Shown: in pieces, positions 20,853-43,745 of the stretch | How positions within the stretch are numbered: position 1 is the stretch's first letter | Layout: each line of letters opens with the position of its first letter | Translations under genes and position numbers: made by a program | Origin: the human T2T-CHM13v2.0 reference genome, Homo sapiens | NCBI RefSeq assembly: GCF_009914755.1 | Contig: NC_060925.1 | Length of the DNA: 64,000 bases | Direction: 5' to 3' (one strand) | Notes under the pieces: generated by a model | What the model saw: the letters and a program-made list of their open reading frames with translations, nothing else | Told to the model about the DNA's origin: nothing | Database searches by the model: none

Positions 20853-22684
20853 TCACCTTGGCAAGCAGCCAGCTTGTGGGCTCAGCCATCAATTCTGGGG
20901 CACCTTGGTGTCTGAGGCCTCCTCAAACCATTAACAATGGTTTTAAAAGTACCATCTCAACCTAAAATAAATGTCTAATGGATTCAAGGGGACATTGCTA
21001 AAGAAAGTCATCTTACATTCCAACACACCGGCCCGGTCATGAGACCAGGTCTGCAAAACGTTGTTCTCCTCCCCTTAGACATGAGAGAGACAGAAACAAA
21101 GTCTGGGGCGGCGGGTGAGGGATGGGGTGACCAAAAAAAGTACTTATTCCACACACAGTGGATGTTTAGCAGATGTTTTTTGGATAGACTTAAGCTTTTA
21201 GACAATGAAACAAAAATAATTCTTCCCATCATCACAAAATAAAAATGTGACCACATCCCTCTACCACGTCCCCTTGGGGCTTGGGAAGAGCGTCTGTCCC
21301 ATAAATCCTCCAATGGGCCTTTTGTGTGCCAGGCACCGTGCTGGGCACTGGAGCACACTTACAAGGGCAGCCCCTGGGCGCCTGCTCCTCCTGCTCTGGT
21401 CCCCAGCCCAGCCCCCCCCGCAGCCCTGTCCTCACCCTGACCCAGCAGGGAGGGCCTCGCTGGCCTGACCTGTTTTGCCTTCTAAGTGGAAACAAGCCGC
21501 TGAGCTACAAGGGAAAGTCGGCTCTGGGCAAAGCCCAGTGACTCTCGGCTCATGCTCACCTCTGACCAAGAAAGAAACACAGCTGTGGTTATCAGAAAGC
21601 TGCTGAGAGCTCAGGATGGTGGGGGTGGGGCGGAGGCTGGGAGGAGGAGGGCGGGTGTAGGGGGAATAGAGAAGCTCTGAATCACAGAATCTTATTCTTG
21701 GGGGCAGATGTGGCCACAAGCTGGGACGGGACTGGGGTGGGGACAGGGAGTCTTATCCCCAGTGTGCATGGCATTTCTTAGGAAGAGCAGAGAGCCCCTG
21801 AGCCTGGGAAGGGTGAGCTGGCCTTGCTTGTGGGGGTGAATGAGTCGCCAGCCCTGCAGGGCCACTTGAGTGCTGCCAACAGATTCCCAGGGGCCCAGGG
21901 CAGCCAGCTCTGGCACAGCCTGGTGGCAAGTATCCCCACCTGAGCAGGGTGAGGCCGGGCAGGGCCCAGCAGGCCCCGGCCCCACCAAACCTCCGGGGCC
22001 AAATCTGCTGCTGATTGGCCAACTCATGGAACCGAAACGGAAAATCCCCCACCCGTGGCCAACAACTGCCAAACCACTTGAAAGAGGCAAAAGTCTCCCA
22101 CGGGTTAGAGGCTTGAGATGTTGCAAAGGTCAGGATTCATTAGCAAATGGGTTGCTTAGAGGTCCCTGGAAAGGGAGGCAAGAAGCAGGACCAGGGCCAG
22201 GAGGCTGGACTGGAGAAGTTGGGCCTGGGATCAATGAGGGGCAGCGTTCTGCTGGAGGATGGTGAGGTGATGGGCTCACCCTGGCCCGAGATCCTGGGCA
22301 GGGAGCAGCTCTCACCCCACAGGCCTGGGCCAGCCGCCCAGCGCTTCCCAGAGCTGCAGGGAACTTCCAGGGAACTGAGACCTCCAAGCTCAGAGAGAAT
22401 GCCTCCAAAATTCCTTGGGATTTTTCTTCCCTAGTCAAAAGCCTATCTATTTATAGATGTGGAAATATGTGTGGAGAAAGGACTGGAAGGAAATACATGA
22501 AATGTTAACATGTTTTTCTTCTTCTCCTTATTCATATTGTTTTACGAAAAATAAACATGACTTTCAAGATAAGAAAAAAGATATTTTTAAAATATAATTA
22601 ATCTTGATATGTTATTCATGTTGTTATAGAAAAGTGCAAAGCTGAACTTACCCATAGTGCTGTTAACCACGAACATTTTGCTGT

Positions 22685-24739
<2,055 letters not shown>

Positions 24740-26737
24740 TGAAGTCGTGAGAGACTCCCCAGTATAGTTGAGAGTCAAGATCTGTGCAAATGAGCAGCTT
24801 GGACCAGGCAGGAGAAACACTTTGCATGGCTTCTCGAAGGAGGTGAGGCATAAACCGCATCTTCAAAGATGGGCAGGGTTTTGGCAAGCTGGGTGAGGGA
24901 AGGCATGGGCCAGGGCAGGGGGCATGGTGTCCTGGCTTGGCAGTGAGGCCCCATCCAGGGTAACCCGGAAGGCGGAAAGCAGTGAGACGCAGGCTGAGGG
25001 TGGGTGGGGACAGTTCCAGAAGGGCACGTGCTTAACGTGTCCCCGGTGCATCCCTGGGGACCTGAGACAAGATTCCCTCCCCCTTTATTTTTCAGTGACT
25101 CGAGTATTTCCAAAGTTTCTTGACCTTTCACTCATCTCACCTCTTGGTTGCCCCGCAAGTCTCCAGGGTACCTCACCTTTCCCACACCCATTTCCCACCC
25201 CATGCTCCCTGTGCCTCCCTCAGCCACAGCCTCCTTCCCACACCCTCTCCAGTTTCCACTTTCCCGCAGTGACTCCGTCATCTGTCCCAGCCCCAGGAAG
25301 GCCGCCATGCCCCGAAGGCCAGCTAACCCCATGGCCGCTATGTGTCCTGGTTGGATCAGAGAGGGAGCAAGACTCCCACACACATATGCATGCTCATACA
25401 TTCGTACGCACCACACACACGCTCACACACACTCCTCCATCTTCACATGCTCACACTCACTCGCTCACATTCACACTCCTCCAGTTGCTCAGAAGAGCCA
25501 TGCCCTTACTGACCCACGCAGAGGGGCAGAGAAGGAGACACTCCTGGTCAACCCGGAGCAGCTGGTTGGCAAAGGGCCGAGGGCTTGGCCGGAGGGGTAG
25601 CCGCTGCCCAACATCTAGGGTGAGGGCCCCGGGCATCCACCTCCCCCTGTGGCTGCAGACCCTGCTGCAACTCTCGTCCCCTCCATGGGGGCAGGGTGGC
25701 TGCTTAGGAACATAAGCTGAGAAGAAAGACCCAGGTCCAAATCCCGGTTCCACCCTCCACCACCTTCTCCCAGACTGGATTCCGAACCTCAGTTTCCCTG
25801 TGTGCAGGAGTGGTGCCTCCATCACGGGAGTGCTGGACGACCAAGTGACCTAATACATGCTAAGGGCTGGACATGCTAAGCACTGTGCAGGTCACACGGA
25901 TGGAAAATGCCTCACCACTGGAAGAGCTTCAGTAGCCTCATTATTGGAGACCCTCAGATGTCTCGCTTCAGCATCCAGAGGCCCGAACAAAGCCTCGCGG
26001 AGTTGATTCTTGTTCCAGAGTCATCCATACAACAATTCCATTTACTGAGAAAAGTGCCCTTAAGGAAATAACTGTCATCCTAGCTCTCCACCCATCCCCA
26101 TCACCACCAGGACAGCCTCTGGGGCCCCGGGGACCCAGCAACCTGCAGCTGCTGTCTGTACCCCACAGACACAGAAGCCCAAACCCAGCGGCCGAGGAGG
26201 CTCTGCTCCGCTTCCTGCCAGTCACAGACACACCCAGACACTCATCCCCAAACTGGGGCAGCTTCCTGGGACCCCTCGCCTCCCCCACCCCACCACCTAC
26301 CAGCCTTGGTCGACTTCCTGCCGCTTGGGTCGCTTAATAACTTTTGTAACCAGGTGGTAACTCTCTGGCTCTGGTTCTTTGATGGAATGACTTCGGTGCT
26401 TTTCCCTCTTCCCATCAGCATCTCTCTCCCCAGCCCTCAGAGTCGTCTTTCCCACTAAGCCCACTCCCTTCAATCTAGGAGCAGAGCCAGCCCCACCATC
26501 CCTGGCACCCCTGTCTGTACAGTGTCTTCCTAGGACCCCTCCCCCAACTACATCCCCTCTTCCAACAGTCCCCTGGCCCCCACCAGTCCACCCAATCAGA
26601 CAAAACCAGTGCTCCGGGAATCCAGCTAAAATCTCAGCCAAAGAGGGTCTTTTCCTGGAGTAGTCCCTTGGCAGGTAGAAAAGCAGATAATTCCGGCAGA
26701 AGCTTCAGGAGATCAGAAATGGGTGTGACCACAGTGA

Positions 26738-29306
<2,569 letters not shown>

Positions 29307-29909
29307 CTAGTTTCATTTTCTTTTCCTACCTGGCCCTCTGCTTGGCAGAACTGATATAGAAAAATCCACACACTCCCCAGTACACACAGCCCAAATATGT
29401 TTTTTATATGTTTAACAGTTTTATTGAGCTAGAATTTACTTACAAGAAGCTGCAGTAACGGAAAGTGTACAACTTAGTGAATGTTACCAGTTGCATATGC
29501 CTGGGAAACCACCACAATCAAGATAAAGCCAGATCTATTAGATTGGCTTCCTTGAATGGGTGACCCATTTTTTTTATTCTTGGCATTTTATTGGCAGGTG
29601 GCAGAAACTCAGCCCACACTACTTAGGCAAAGAAGAGGGGCTAGAGATGTGTGTAGTTGGAAAGTCCAGGAATACACCAGCTTCAGGTATGGCTGGCTTC
29701 AGGGGTTCAGAGGATGTCATGGGTGCCCTTTCTCCCCCTCTCAACCAAATTCTCTCTCTAGAGCTGGCAAGATGGCTGCTGGCAGTCCCCAACTAACATT
29801 CTATTTAGCAATGCCTAAGAAAAGGAGCAGTCTCCTCTGATGGCCCTGAGGAACTCCCATAGGGCAGCTTTGGGTCATGTGCCCAGCCCTGGATGGGGTA
29901 AAATCAGCA

Positions 29910-30118
29910 CCGGGGATGTGTTTGTGAGAGCTGGGTGTGCTCATCTGTTCCCGAGTCCAAGGTCAGTGACGTCTCAGTGATGTTATGTCTGTAGCTTGAA
30001 GCTGGTAGTGGGGGAGTATTTACACCATGGAAATTGGCAAATGCTACAAATCAAGGCTTTCCTCCCTGTCCCCTCCGCCTGCCCCCAGCTGGCCATTAAA
30101 CAGTTATGTACACTACCG
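29910..30118 (+). mobile_element. MER63A-like DNA element
   Basis: CAGTGACGTC..GTAGCTTGAA..GGGAGTATTTACACCATGGAAATTGGCAAATGCTACAAATCAAGG. Confidence 0.75.
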
Positions 30119-30439
30119 AGTCAGTCCTACCTAAATCCATGAAATAGGTTCTCCTGAGGAAAGAGCTGTTCCGTTAATAAAAGAGGAAATTGACCCCAGT
30201 CAGACAGGAATAACCGAGGAACTTCACTCTGCTGAATTCAAAGACACCTGCAGCAGACCTCAGGAAGGAGTCCTCCAGGATAACATCCCACCCCAAACCC
30301 CCAAGGGGACCAGACCAGGTTGAATCCACTGCAGAGATTGTTCAGCCAATACGGACCCTTCTAGAAGAAGGGCCCAGGCTTTGTTCCTCTCCGACAGCTC
30401 ACCTCCCTCCCCCTACCCCCGACCCCAACCCCCAACCAC

Positions 30440-31100
30440 TGCCAGTCACATTCTATGGAAAATTAAAGAACTTCCTAAGCCCGGCTGCTCTCTGCAAAGC
30501 CATTCCAGCAACCTAGACCCGTGATTTTCAGCTTGTTCAGCTATTTTAAAACAACCCTCGCAAAGCAGCCCCAGAAATGGGGGCTGCGGCTTGATTTGAG
30601 GTTAAACAAATAAGTACCATTTATCCACCAACGCTCTAGGAATGAAAGATTTCTTCAGGCTTATTCCCAAGCTGTGCGCTCCAGAAAAACTGCTGTCCCA
30701 AATTGCCGGGTGCCAACCCAGTGTTCTTCATTTCCAAAGATACCTGGGGAGTTTTCAGCCGTGCTCTGCACAGAGCGCTAGGACGGATGGCAGTGTGGGC
30801 GGCCAGGCATGCCGCCTCAGCCTCCGCTCAGCCTCACCCTGGGTCTTCTTGGCTGTGTCAGCCTCTCATCCCGGGACCCACAGAACCCTTGGAGCTCCCG
30901 GGGCATTTCTTGGCCTGCTGGGAAATGGCGCCTCTCCATCTTAGGGGGCCCGGACCAGACTGCTGGCTGTTTGAGTCAGACAGCTTTTCTTCCCATGTTT
31001 TGAGGGTAAGCAAGAACGAGAAAAAGGAAGAAAACAAAACATATTCTCAAACAAATAAAACTGCACTCCATCGGCCAGAAAAGCTGAGCCTCTCTGGGAT
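30440..31100. promoter_or_regulatory. Putative enhancer block
   Basis: Repeat-free; TEAD cores CATTCCA (30501) and GGAATG (30639), FOX-like TAAACAAATA (30603), AP-1 TGAGTCA (30972-30978). Confidence 0.4.
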
Positions 31101-31226
31101 GTAGGGAACAGAAGCCACTCCACAGAGGACTCTCCCATCCCTTTCTCTCTAGGAGACATCCGTCTTTGTGCCCAAACTGGAAATCTGAACCGCAAGCTCT
31201 CTCATCTCCCTACTCTTGGAAGTTTT

Positions 31227-31620
31227 CTGTGGCAGAAACAATAATGTTCACTACACAGACCGTTGACTCCCCTGGGTTTCCCAGCTGTGCCATATGGCTA
31301 GCTTTGGCCGATGAAATTGAGCAGAAGTGATACGTGTCATTTCCAGGCTGAGGCAGTAAAAAGCTGGTGCGCCCTTCTCCAGGGTCTGTTTCCCAGCTGC
31401 CGCAGCCATGGAGGCCGTGTGTCCCAGATGGTGCAGCTACAGCTGATGGAACTTCCGTCAGCCTGGGTCCCTGAGTGAGTCTGTGGAAGAGAACTGCAAC
31501 TGCCTGCCGACCTGCTGGGACAGACAACATGAGCAAGAAGTAAGCTTTCGCTGGGCTCAGCCACTGAGACCCAGGGGCTGTTTGTTACCATAGCGTTGCC
31601 TGGCACACCTGATTCAAGCT
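31227..31620 (+). mobile_element. MaLR LTR (MLT1I/J-like)
   Basis: GCAGAAGTGATACGTGTCATTTCCAGGCTGAGGCA..CAGCCTGGGTCCCTGAGTGA..AGCCACTGAGA..TGTTTGTTACCATAGC. Confidence 0.75.
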
Positions 31621-32037
31621 CCTGACACGCTCTGTAGACTTTGCTGTGTTGTTCACTGGGAGGCACCAGCATGCATGAGATAGAAAACACTTCCTTCCAC
31701 TCTGGCCAATAGCCTTCACTCAAAATAGTGCCGATGAGTTTACATCCAGCCCCAAAGATTTAAGGAATTTCTCTCTGAGCTTGGGACCAGGTCTGTGCCT
31801 TCCTTTGTATTTCTCTACAGCACATGGTTGGCACTAGTATAAAAATGGCACTCTTCCACATGCCAAGGCATTTAACAGGCATGAAGCACGTTTGCTGATG
31901 ATCTCCCATGAGGTGGAGGAGATAGGCTTAATTCCTGTTTTAAAGCTAAGAGCATTGCAGCTCAGAAGGATCACATTCAAGGTCACACAGCTAATTATAG
32001 TACTTGAACCTAGGTCTGTGTCTCTTGCCACAAAAAC

Positions 32038-32445
<408 letters not shown>

Positions 32446-32741
32446 CCCACATTGCTTCCAACCATCCTGCCAGCTTTCTACAGTGGGAGGGGAGCAGTGG
32501 GAATTTAGAGGTGAGCCAAAGGCTTACTTCCCCAACTAAAGCAACAAATAAAAAATGTCTCCCCTGCCAGACTGCTCTTTGTGCCTGAAATTATCCCAAA
32601 AGACTCATTTCTTTGGGTAAAAATACAAACAGTCCTAGATCACTCGGGACCTTCTCATGAATGAACTCGGGTGATTCCCAGCCAGGAACAATGGCTTGTA
32701 CGAAGTCACTCTGCAATGTCAGCTTTTGCGGGGAAACATCA

Positions 32742-33640
<899 letters not shown>

Positions 33641-34689
33641 TACACTGAGCGACAGATGCTTCATCTCATAGAGACAGCTGCAGTGGAGGGGGACGCAGTG
33701 CACCCTGCTGAAGGATGGACCTCTGGGCAGGGGTCCCTGTTGCTCAGGTCCAAATGCAGACCGAACAGTAGCCTTAATCATTAAAATCACTACAGAGCTA
33801 AGGGGTGAGAGCACACTCTGCCTGTTCTCTCTCCACCCCTAAGACACTCACCCTATTCCACACCCAGAGGAGGACATGGGGTGCTCCCTTCCAGAGCCTG
33901 GAGACCCTGGGATGGCTCCAGCCCCTTCTCCCAACATCCCCCCAACGAAGAGCACCAAGTACCCTTGCTCTGCTGTCCTGCCGGGCAGTTGTCCCGGGAT
34001 CAGTGTTTTTGGTTGTTCTTTGTTTTAGCTTGCTTCCCTTTTAGAGTATCTCCTGAAATAAACAGCAGTGTTGCAACGAGAAAAGGGAGCCCAGCCTCTC
34101 TGGAGCAGTTACGATGGGCAAACAATGTCGAGGAAATCCACATGCGGTGTCTCACAGGGCCTTCACACCTTTGTGAAGTAGATATTATCATCTCCATTCT
34201 GCAGATGAGGACACCAGGCCCAGAGAGGCTAAATGACTTGCTCCAAGTCACAGAGCAAGTCGGCAGCACCTCGCTGCGTCAAATGCTTGTATGTTGGAAT
34301 CCAAAGCTATTTATGGGACTTGGGGCCCAGTTGGGGCTTGTACACCCAACCCCCAAAGGTGAAGTTCTCTGTTCCTCATTCATTCCTTCATGTGCTGAGT
34401 GTTTTGCAGCAGCGGCTCAATGTCAGGCATTGGAGTAGAGACCATAGCAACCTGGCCTCCGTTTCATTCTGTTGGCAGGGCTGGCGGTCTTTCTAAATGG
34501 GATATTTGTAGAGGTTTCCATCGCCCCAGGTTCTGTAAGTCCTGATCATCAGCCCAGGGGCTGCTCCTCAGGGATGGGAGTTGGGGGTTCAGCTTCTTCT
34601 TGGGAGAATCCAGCTCTGGGTGTTTCAGGAAATTTCTGACCTGCCAGGTTTCCTAATCAGTCAGAGCTGGGGAGTGGGGGCCGAGAGAA

Positions 34690-34970
34690 GAGGTTTCCCG
34701 TCAGCCCAGCTTTTGTCTCTCACATGAGCCCGAGACAGACAAACCACAACCACAGACTCGACCAGCTGTGGAAGCGTCGAACAGGAAACCCAGAACATCT
34801 GGTGCTCCACTTCCTCTGAGGGCTGTGCACGTCTGGGGGGCCAGGTGTGCGTGTGCGCGTCCGCCTGTGTGCACAACTGTTTTCTCTCCTGCTGTTGGTT
34901 AGTGGGACCTGGATGCAGACAGAGCTGGAAACCACAGGTCTTGTGGTGACAAGGAAGCCAGACACTGGCT
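34690..34970. promoter_or_regulatory. RUNX/ETS/E-box motif cluster (putative haematopoietic-type enhancer)
   Basis: AACCACA at 34742, 34748 and 34930; TGTGGT at 34942; CAGCTG at 34763; CACTTCCTC at 34808. Confidence 0.45.
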
Positions 34971-35082
34971 CCCCAACCCTTACAGCACGGCATCCCTCCT
35001 CAGACAGTAACCCGGGATCCGACCCAGTCTCGCAGGCCACCTGCCAGCACCCGGTCCTTGGCTAGCTTCAGGTCACCATTGA

Positions 35083-35571
<489 letters not shown>

Positions 35572-36028
35572 ACAGCTTTTAAAAAAAGCTGTTTTTAAAA
35601 CAATTTGAGGAGCATCTGTGGATGAATGCTGAGGCCATGTGCCGGTCAGGGGGCAGTCTTCCCATTAGTGGTGGTGTTCTCTGCGTAAGGAGAAAACAGG
35701 GTTTTTAATTTTTCATTTTTCTGAAGGGAAGAATCATAAGGAAGTGGAAACAAAAGACTCCCCAAACCATAGCATGAGGTTTAACTCTCATGATACCTTA
35801 AGGAAGTAGGCATTATTATGCCCATTTCTATGAATCATGAAATAGATGTGCAGGAGGGTTCAGAAGTCACCCCAGCTCATACAGCGCCTAAGGAGCAGGG
35901 CCAAGGTTCAATTCAAACCGAATCCCAGCCTCATGCTAGATCTTAGTTCACACTTCATTCTTTCAATGAGCATTTATAATCTAAACTGTACCTAGCAAAC
36001 AGGTGGGACTTCAATGTTTCTTGAATTA

Positions 36029-36648
<620 letters not shown>

Positions 36649-37059
36649 CGATACTTCATTTTTCTGGAGGTCATTTACTTAGTAAGGCCAACTGGATCCT
36701 GGCTAAAAATGTGAAAGAAGACAGAAAGAGTCACGAGCAGTGAACAAAAGTCACGGGTCCTAGCACGTAAAAGCTCAAGTACTTGATTCAAAGCCGAAAT
36801 TCTCAGGTCCTCAGTTGTAGCCTGGTTACCCTTACAAACACCAGTGCTAAAGAGCACGGTTACTAATCTTTCCAGGACACAAGATTTGAAAGCATCTGTT
36901 TCGAAGGGAGATGACCTGCTAGAGGAAGCTTGCGGGCAACAGCAAATTGGGAGTTCGACTAGCACTTTCAGACTGGGATGCAACGAAGAACTCGCCAGCA
37001 GAGGTAAGAGATGGGCAAGATGAAGAGAATGAACTCTGATTCTCGGATATCTGCCCGCA

Positions 37060-37500
37060 AGGTGGCTCCGAGAAAGCCAGCGGGAAACTGCAGCATCGCG
37101 GAGGACTTCTCTAGTTCAGGTTAAAGAGACAGCAGCCAGAGGGAGCCGACCTCAAACCCAACTCCCGACAGCAACCTTGAGGCCACCCGAGGTGGCGCAT
37201 GCGCAGTGTGCGAGGTAGTGCTCTTCCTACCTGCCGACCTGCGGAGCCTTCTTACTGAGCAGGGCTTACGTCACGCAAGCGCCGCGGGTGTGTGACGTCA
37301 TCTGAGAGCGCCACGCGCGGTCCCGAAAACCTGAGCACCCTCTGGCTAAGGCGTTGCTGTAGAGACGGTGCGCCAGCCCCGCCCCCGAGGCGGGATTGGA
37401 GGAAAACTGGACAGCTGACAAGGGTGACGTTTCGAAAGCGCGCGGGAGGCCGTGCTGGGACACAGAGCCCGAAAACCTATTTGAGGGGCGTCTTGACCGA
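37060..37500. promoter_or_regulatory. CpG-rich TATA-less promoter with no adjacent coding exon (likely lncRNA or bidirectional)
   Basis: High CpG density; NRF1 GCGCATGCGCA 37195-37205; CRE variant TTACGTCA 37266-37273; full CRE TGACGTCA 37293-37300; GC-box CCCCGCCCC 37377-37385; reverse CCAAT 37395-37399; half-CRE TGACGT 37425. Confidence 0.8.
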
Positions 37501-37659
37501 AGGTGCTAAATATCACATGTCCCCATTAAAGTAAAAATGCAAACTGCCCTAATCGGATTTCGTGTAAGGCAGGAGGGCTGGGAAGACTTAAATGTATCAC
37601 TTCAGTAGTTTAGGGGTGGGAAGAAGAGTTTGGACCAGACTGGTGCCGGGATAACTTGA

Positions 37660-39645
<1,986 letters not shown>

Positions 39646-39979
39646 ATACTTTGTGGTCTTTAAGACATTTATTTAACCTTCCTGAGCCTCAGTTTCCTCA
39701 TTTCTATTGTGGACAAAATAATACCTAAGGCTTTCGTTTGACAATATTGAACACCCCTAGATGACCAGCAAACATAGCATAGCTCCTGGAGATGCAATGG
39801 AGAACCTGAATGTCCCCTCGCTCCCCTGGAGTCTGTATGCTGAGAAAGGGGCTATAGACAGTAGTCATGCAGTCACCCAAATAAGACATTCTTCATAAAT
39901 TGTGATAAGTGATGAAGGAAAAGCAGATCATGCTGAAGAGGCAGGCTGGGAAAGAACTTCCCTGAGAGGGCGACTTCAC

Positions 39980-41000
<1,021 letters not shown>

Positions 41001-41245
41001 AAAATTCAAAGGATGCATAGAAAGGAGCTGTGGAACAAGAGGAACCTTTCAGGGAGAGAGAAGCGGACGTGCAGAAACCCTGTGGCTGGAAGCACTGTGT
41101 TAAGTTAGAGGAAGTGGAAGGCCCGTGTGGCTTGAGCTCAGAGTGAGGGGTCTTGGTGGGAGTTACACTGGGAGTTGAGGGTGAGGAGCCACCTAGAACT
41201 GTTGTTGGGAGTGATTGGGAGTGATGTGGTAAGAGTTCTGTAATG

Positions 41246-41570
41246 CAGCGGTCCCCAACCTTTTTGGCACCAGGGACTGGTTTCATAGGAGACAATTCTT
41301 CCACACACCAGGGCCGGGGAGGTTGGTTTCAGGATGAAACTGGTCCACCTCAGGATCATCAGGCATTAGATTCTTATAAGGAGTGTGCAGCCTAGATCCC
41401 TGGTATGCATAGTTCACAATAGGGTTCGTGCCCCTATGAGAATCTGAGGCTGTTGCTGATCTGACAGGAGGTGGAGCTCAGGCGATAATGCTCGCCTCCT
41501 GCTGTGTGGCCCAGTTCCTAACAGGCTATGGACTGCTTCCGGTCTGTGTGCTGGGGGTTTGGGACCCCTG
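41246..41570. mobile_element. MER1B (hAT-Charlie), intact
   Basis: CAGCGGTCCCCAACCTTTTTGGCACCAGGGAC..GGGACCCCTG; perfect 8-bp TSD CTGTAATG at 41238-41245 and 41571-41578. Confidence 0.92.
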
Positions 41571-42221
41571 CTGTAATGGAAAGGTTACTCTGGCCACAGA
41601 TGGGTTGGAGGGAGGCTCCCCTTAGCTCCAGAGCTAGTGTGATGGTGACACAGTGCATGGCATCTCCTAGTAAGGGCTCCGTAGAGGGTTACTGGTTAAT
41701 GTTTTTCATAATGGCCACCTGACATGGTTGATGGGAGGACCAAATGAAAAAGAGGCCAAGAAGGGCTTAATAAATAAGTGATACGGAGAACACTAGGATA
41801 AGCACCCAAAAGTACTGAAGAGTCTGTATTTGGTGGTGCTGGATATAGTGCAGTTTAATCAGATGTGGTCGCTACTTGTCCTGGAAGGTCTTAGATGGGA
41901 CTCATGCAAAAGAGGAAAGAAGTAGCTGGAGCAGGGAGGCACTGACTCCATGTGTCGTCTTCCAGAAGCCCAAGTACAGTGGAAACGATCTGAGAGAAGG
42001 AGCACTCATCTTTTATTTATTTTCTTCAGATTCAGCTGAAAGCCCCCCTTTAGTTTACTGTCAGGGTGCTGATACACAGAGCTACTCCTAAAAGATTTAG
42101 GGTACGGGTAGGGGATGGGAGTTCGCCTCCTGCAGGCGCTCAGTAAGAGTACTGTTGGGCAGCGGAAAGGTTTCTCATTTCGTTCCTGGAATTCAGTGTC
42201 TGGAAGTGGAACCTGATGTGA

Positions 42222-42725
<504 letters not shown>

Positions 42726-43099
42726 TGATGGTTTCATGCAACAAAGGCTGCTCTTTGTCTTGGAAGAAACCAAGACAAGCATTTTATCCCAATGGCTAAA
42801 AAACTCTGACTGTCCTCCTCCACACCCTTGACAGAGGGCCATCTGCCAGTGATTGGGAATGCACTAGACAGCCCATCCTAATTTTGGACGGAATTAATTG
42901 TTAGAATCTGCTTTGTAACACTAGGCCAAATCTATCTCTTGTAAGTCCTGGTCTGGCCTTCAGGAGCTACACAGACCCAGTTCCTCCTCTTTACGGCGTT
43001 AAATATTTGACGATGGCCGATGGCCCTGGGCTCTGGGCCACCCTTATGAGGCCTCCAAGTCTTCTGTTCACAAATTGAACACCTTCCCCCAACAAAAAA

Positions 43100-43440
43100 G
43101 GTGTTTTTTTTCTTTTCTTAACGATGCTTTTATGAATATTCTTGTACATAAATCTCTTCATATTTGCCTTTGGATACATTTCTATAAATGAAACTTCTGG
43201 GACAAATGGTGCATTTTATAGTTTGTGCTATATATTTCCAGATTACCCTCCAGAATGGATGATTTTTTGCTTGTACGCCCACCAGCAATTTACAAGAGAG
43301 CCTGTTTCCCCACAGCTTACCCACCAACATGGGGAATTTTCATTCTTTTTAATCATTGCCAATCTGATAAGGGGAAATGATTATTTCATGGTTGCCTTAA
43401 TTTTCATTTCTTTGATTATGAGTGAGATTGGACATGTTTT
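43100..43440 (-). mobile_element. Old L1 (L1ME-like) fragment
   Basis: CCCACCAGCAATTTACAAGAG..GCCAATCTGATAAG..TTAATTTTCATTTCTTTGATTATGAGTGAG. Confidence 0.65.
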
Positions 43441-43745
43441 CCAACCACATCCTATACTTTTGCAATCGAGTTTTGGAGCTCAATGCAGGACCTAACATGT
43501 ATTCCAGTTAAATTTTATCTTGTTGGATTCAACCAATCATTCCTTCCTGTTGAGATAATTTTGGACCTGACTCTGCAGTCCCAGCGTGTTGGCCTTCCTT
43601 CCCAGTCTGGTGTTATTTGCACAGTTGATAAGCAGTTATCTTTGGACTTATCCAAGTTGTTGACAGAATGTTAATGAGTGTAGGGCCAAGGACAGAACTG
43701 CTTGGCATTCCACTAGAGAAAGCCTTGGGACGACACTGTCCCATC
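43440..43745 (-). mobile_element. CR1/L3 LINE remnant (reverse transcriptase region)
   Basis: Minus-strand translation SSGMPSSSVLGPTLINI resembles the RT motif SGVPQGSVLGPxLFNI. Confidence 0.65.

Noticed and set aside
24924-25715. 263-aa ORF
   Set aside because: GC-rich and (CA)-rich low complexity, no recognisable domain, similar ORFs overlap in other frames.
36945-36965. B-box-like GAGTTCGACTAGC suggesting a Pol III gene
   Set aside because: Imperfect B box, and I could not find a tRNA cloverleaf, A box or known small-RNA sequence.
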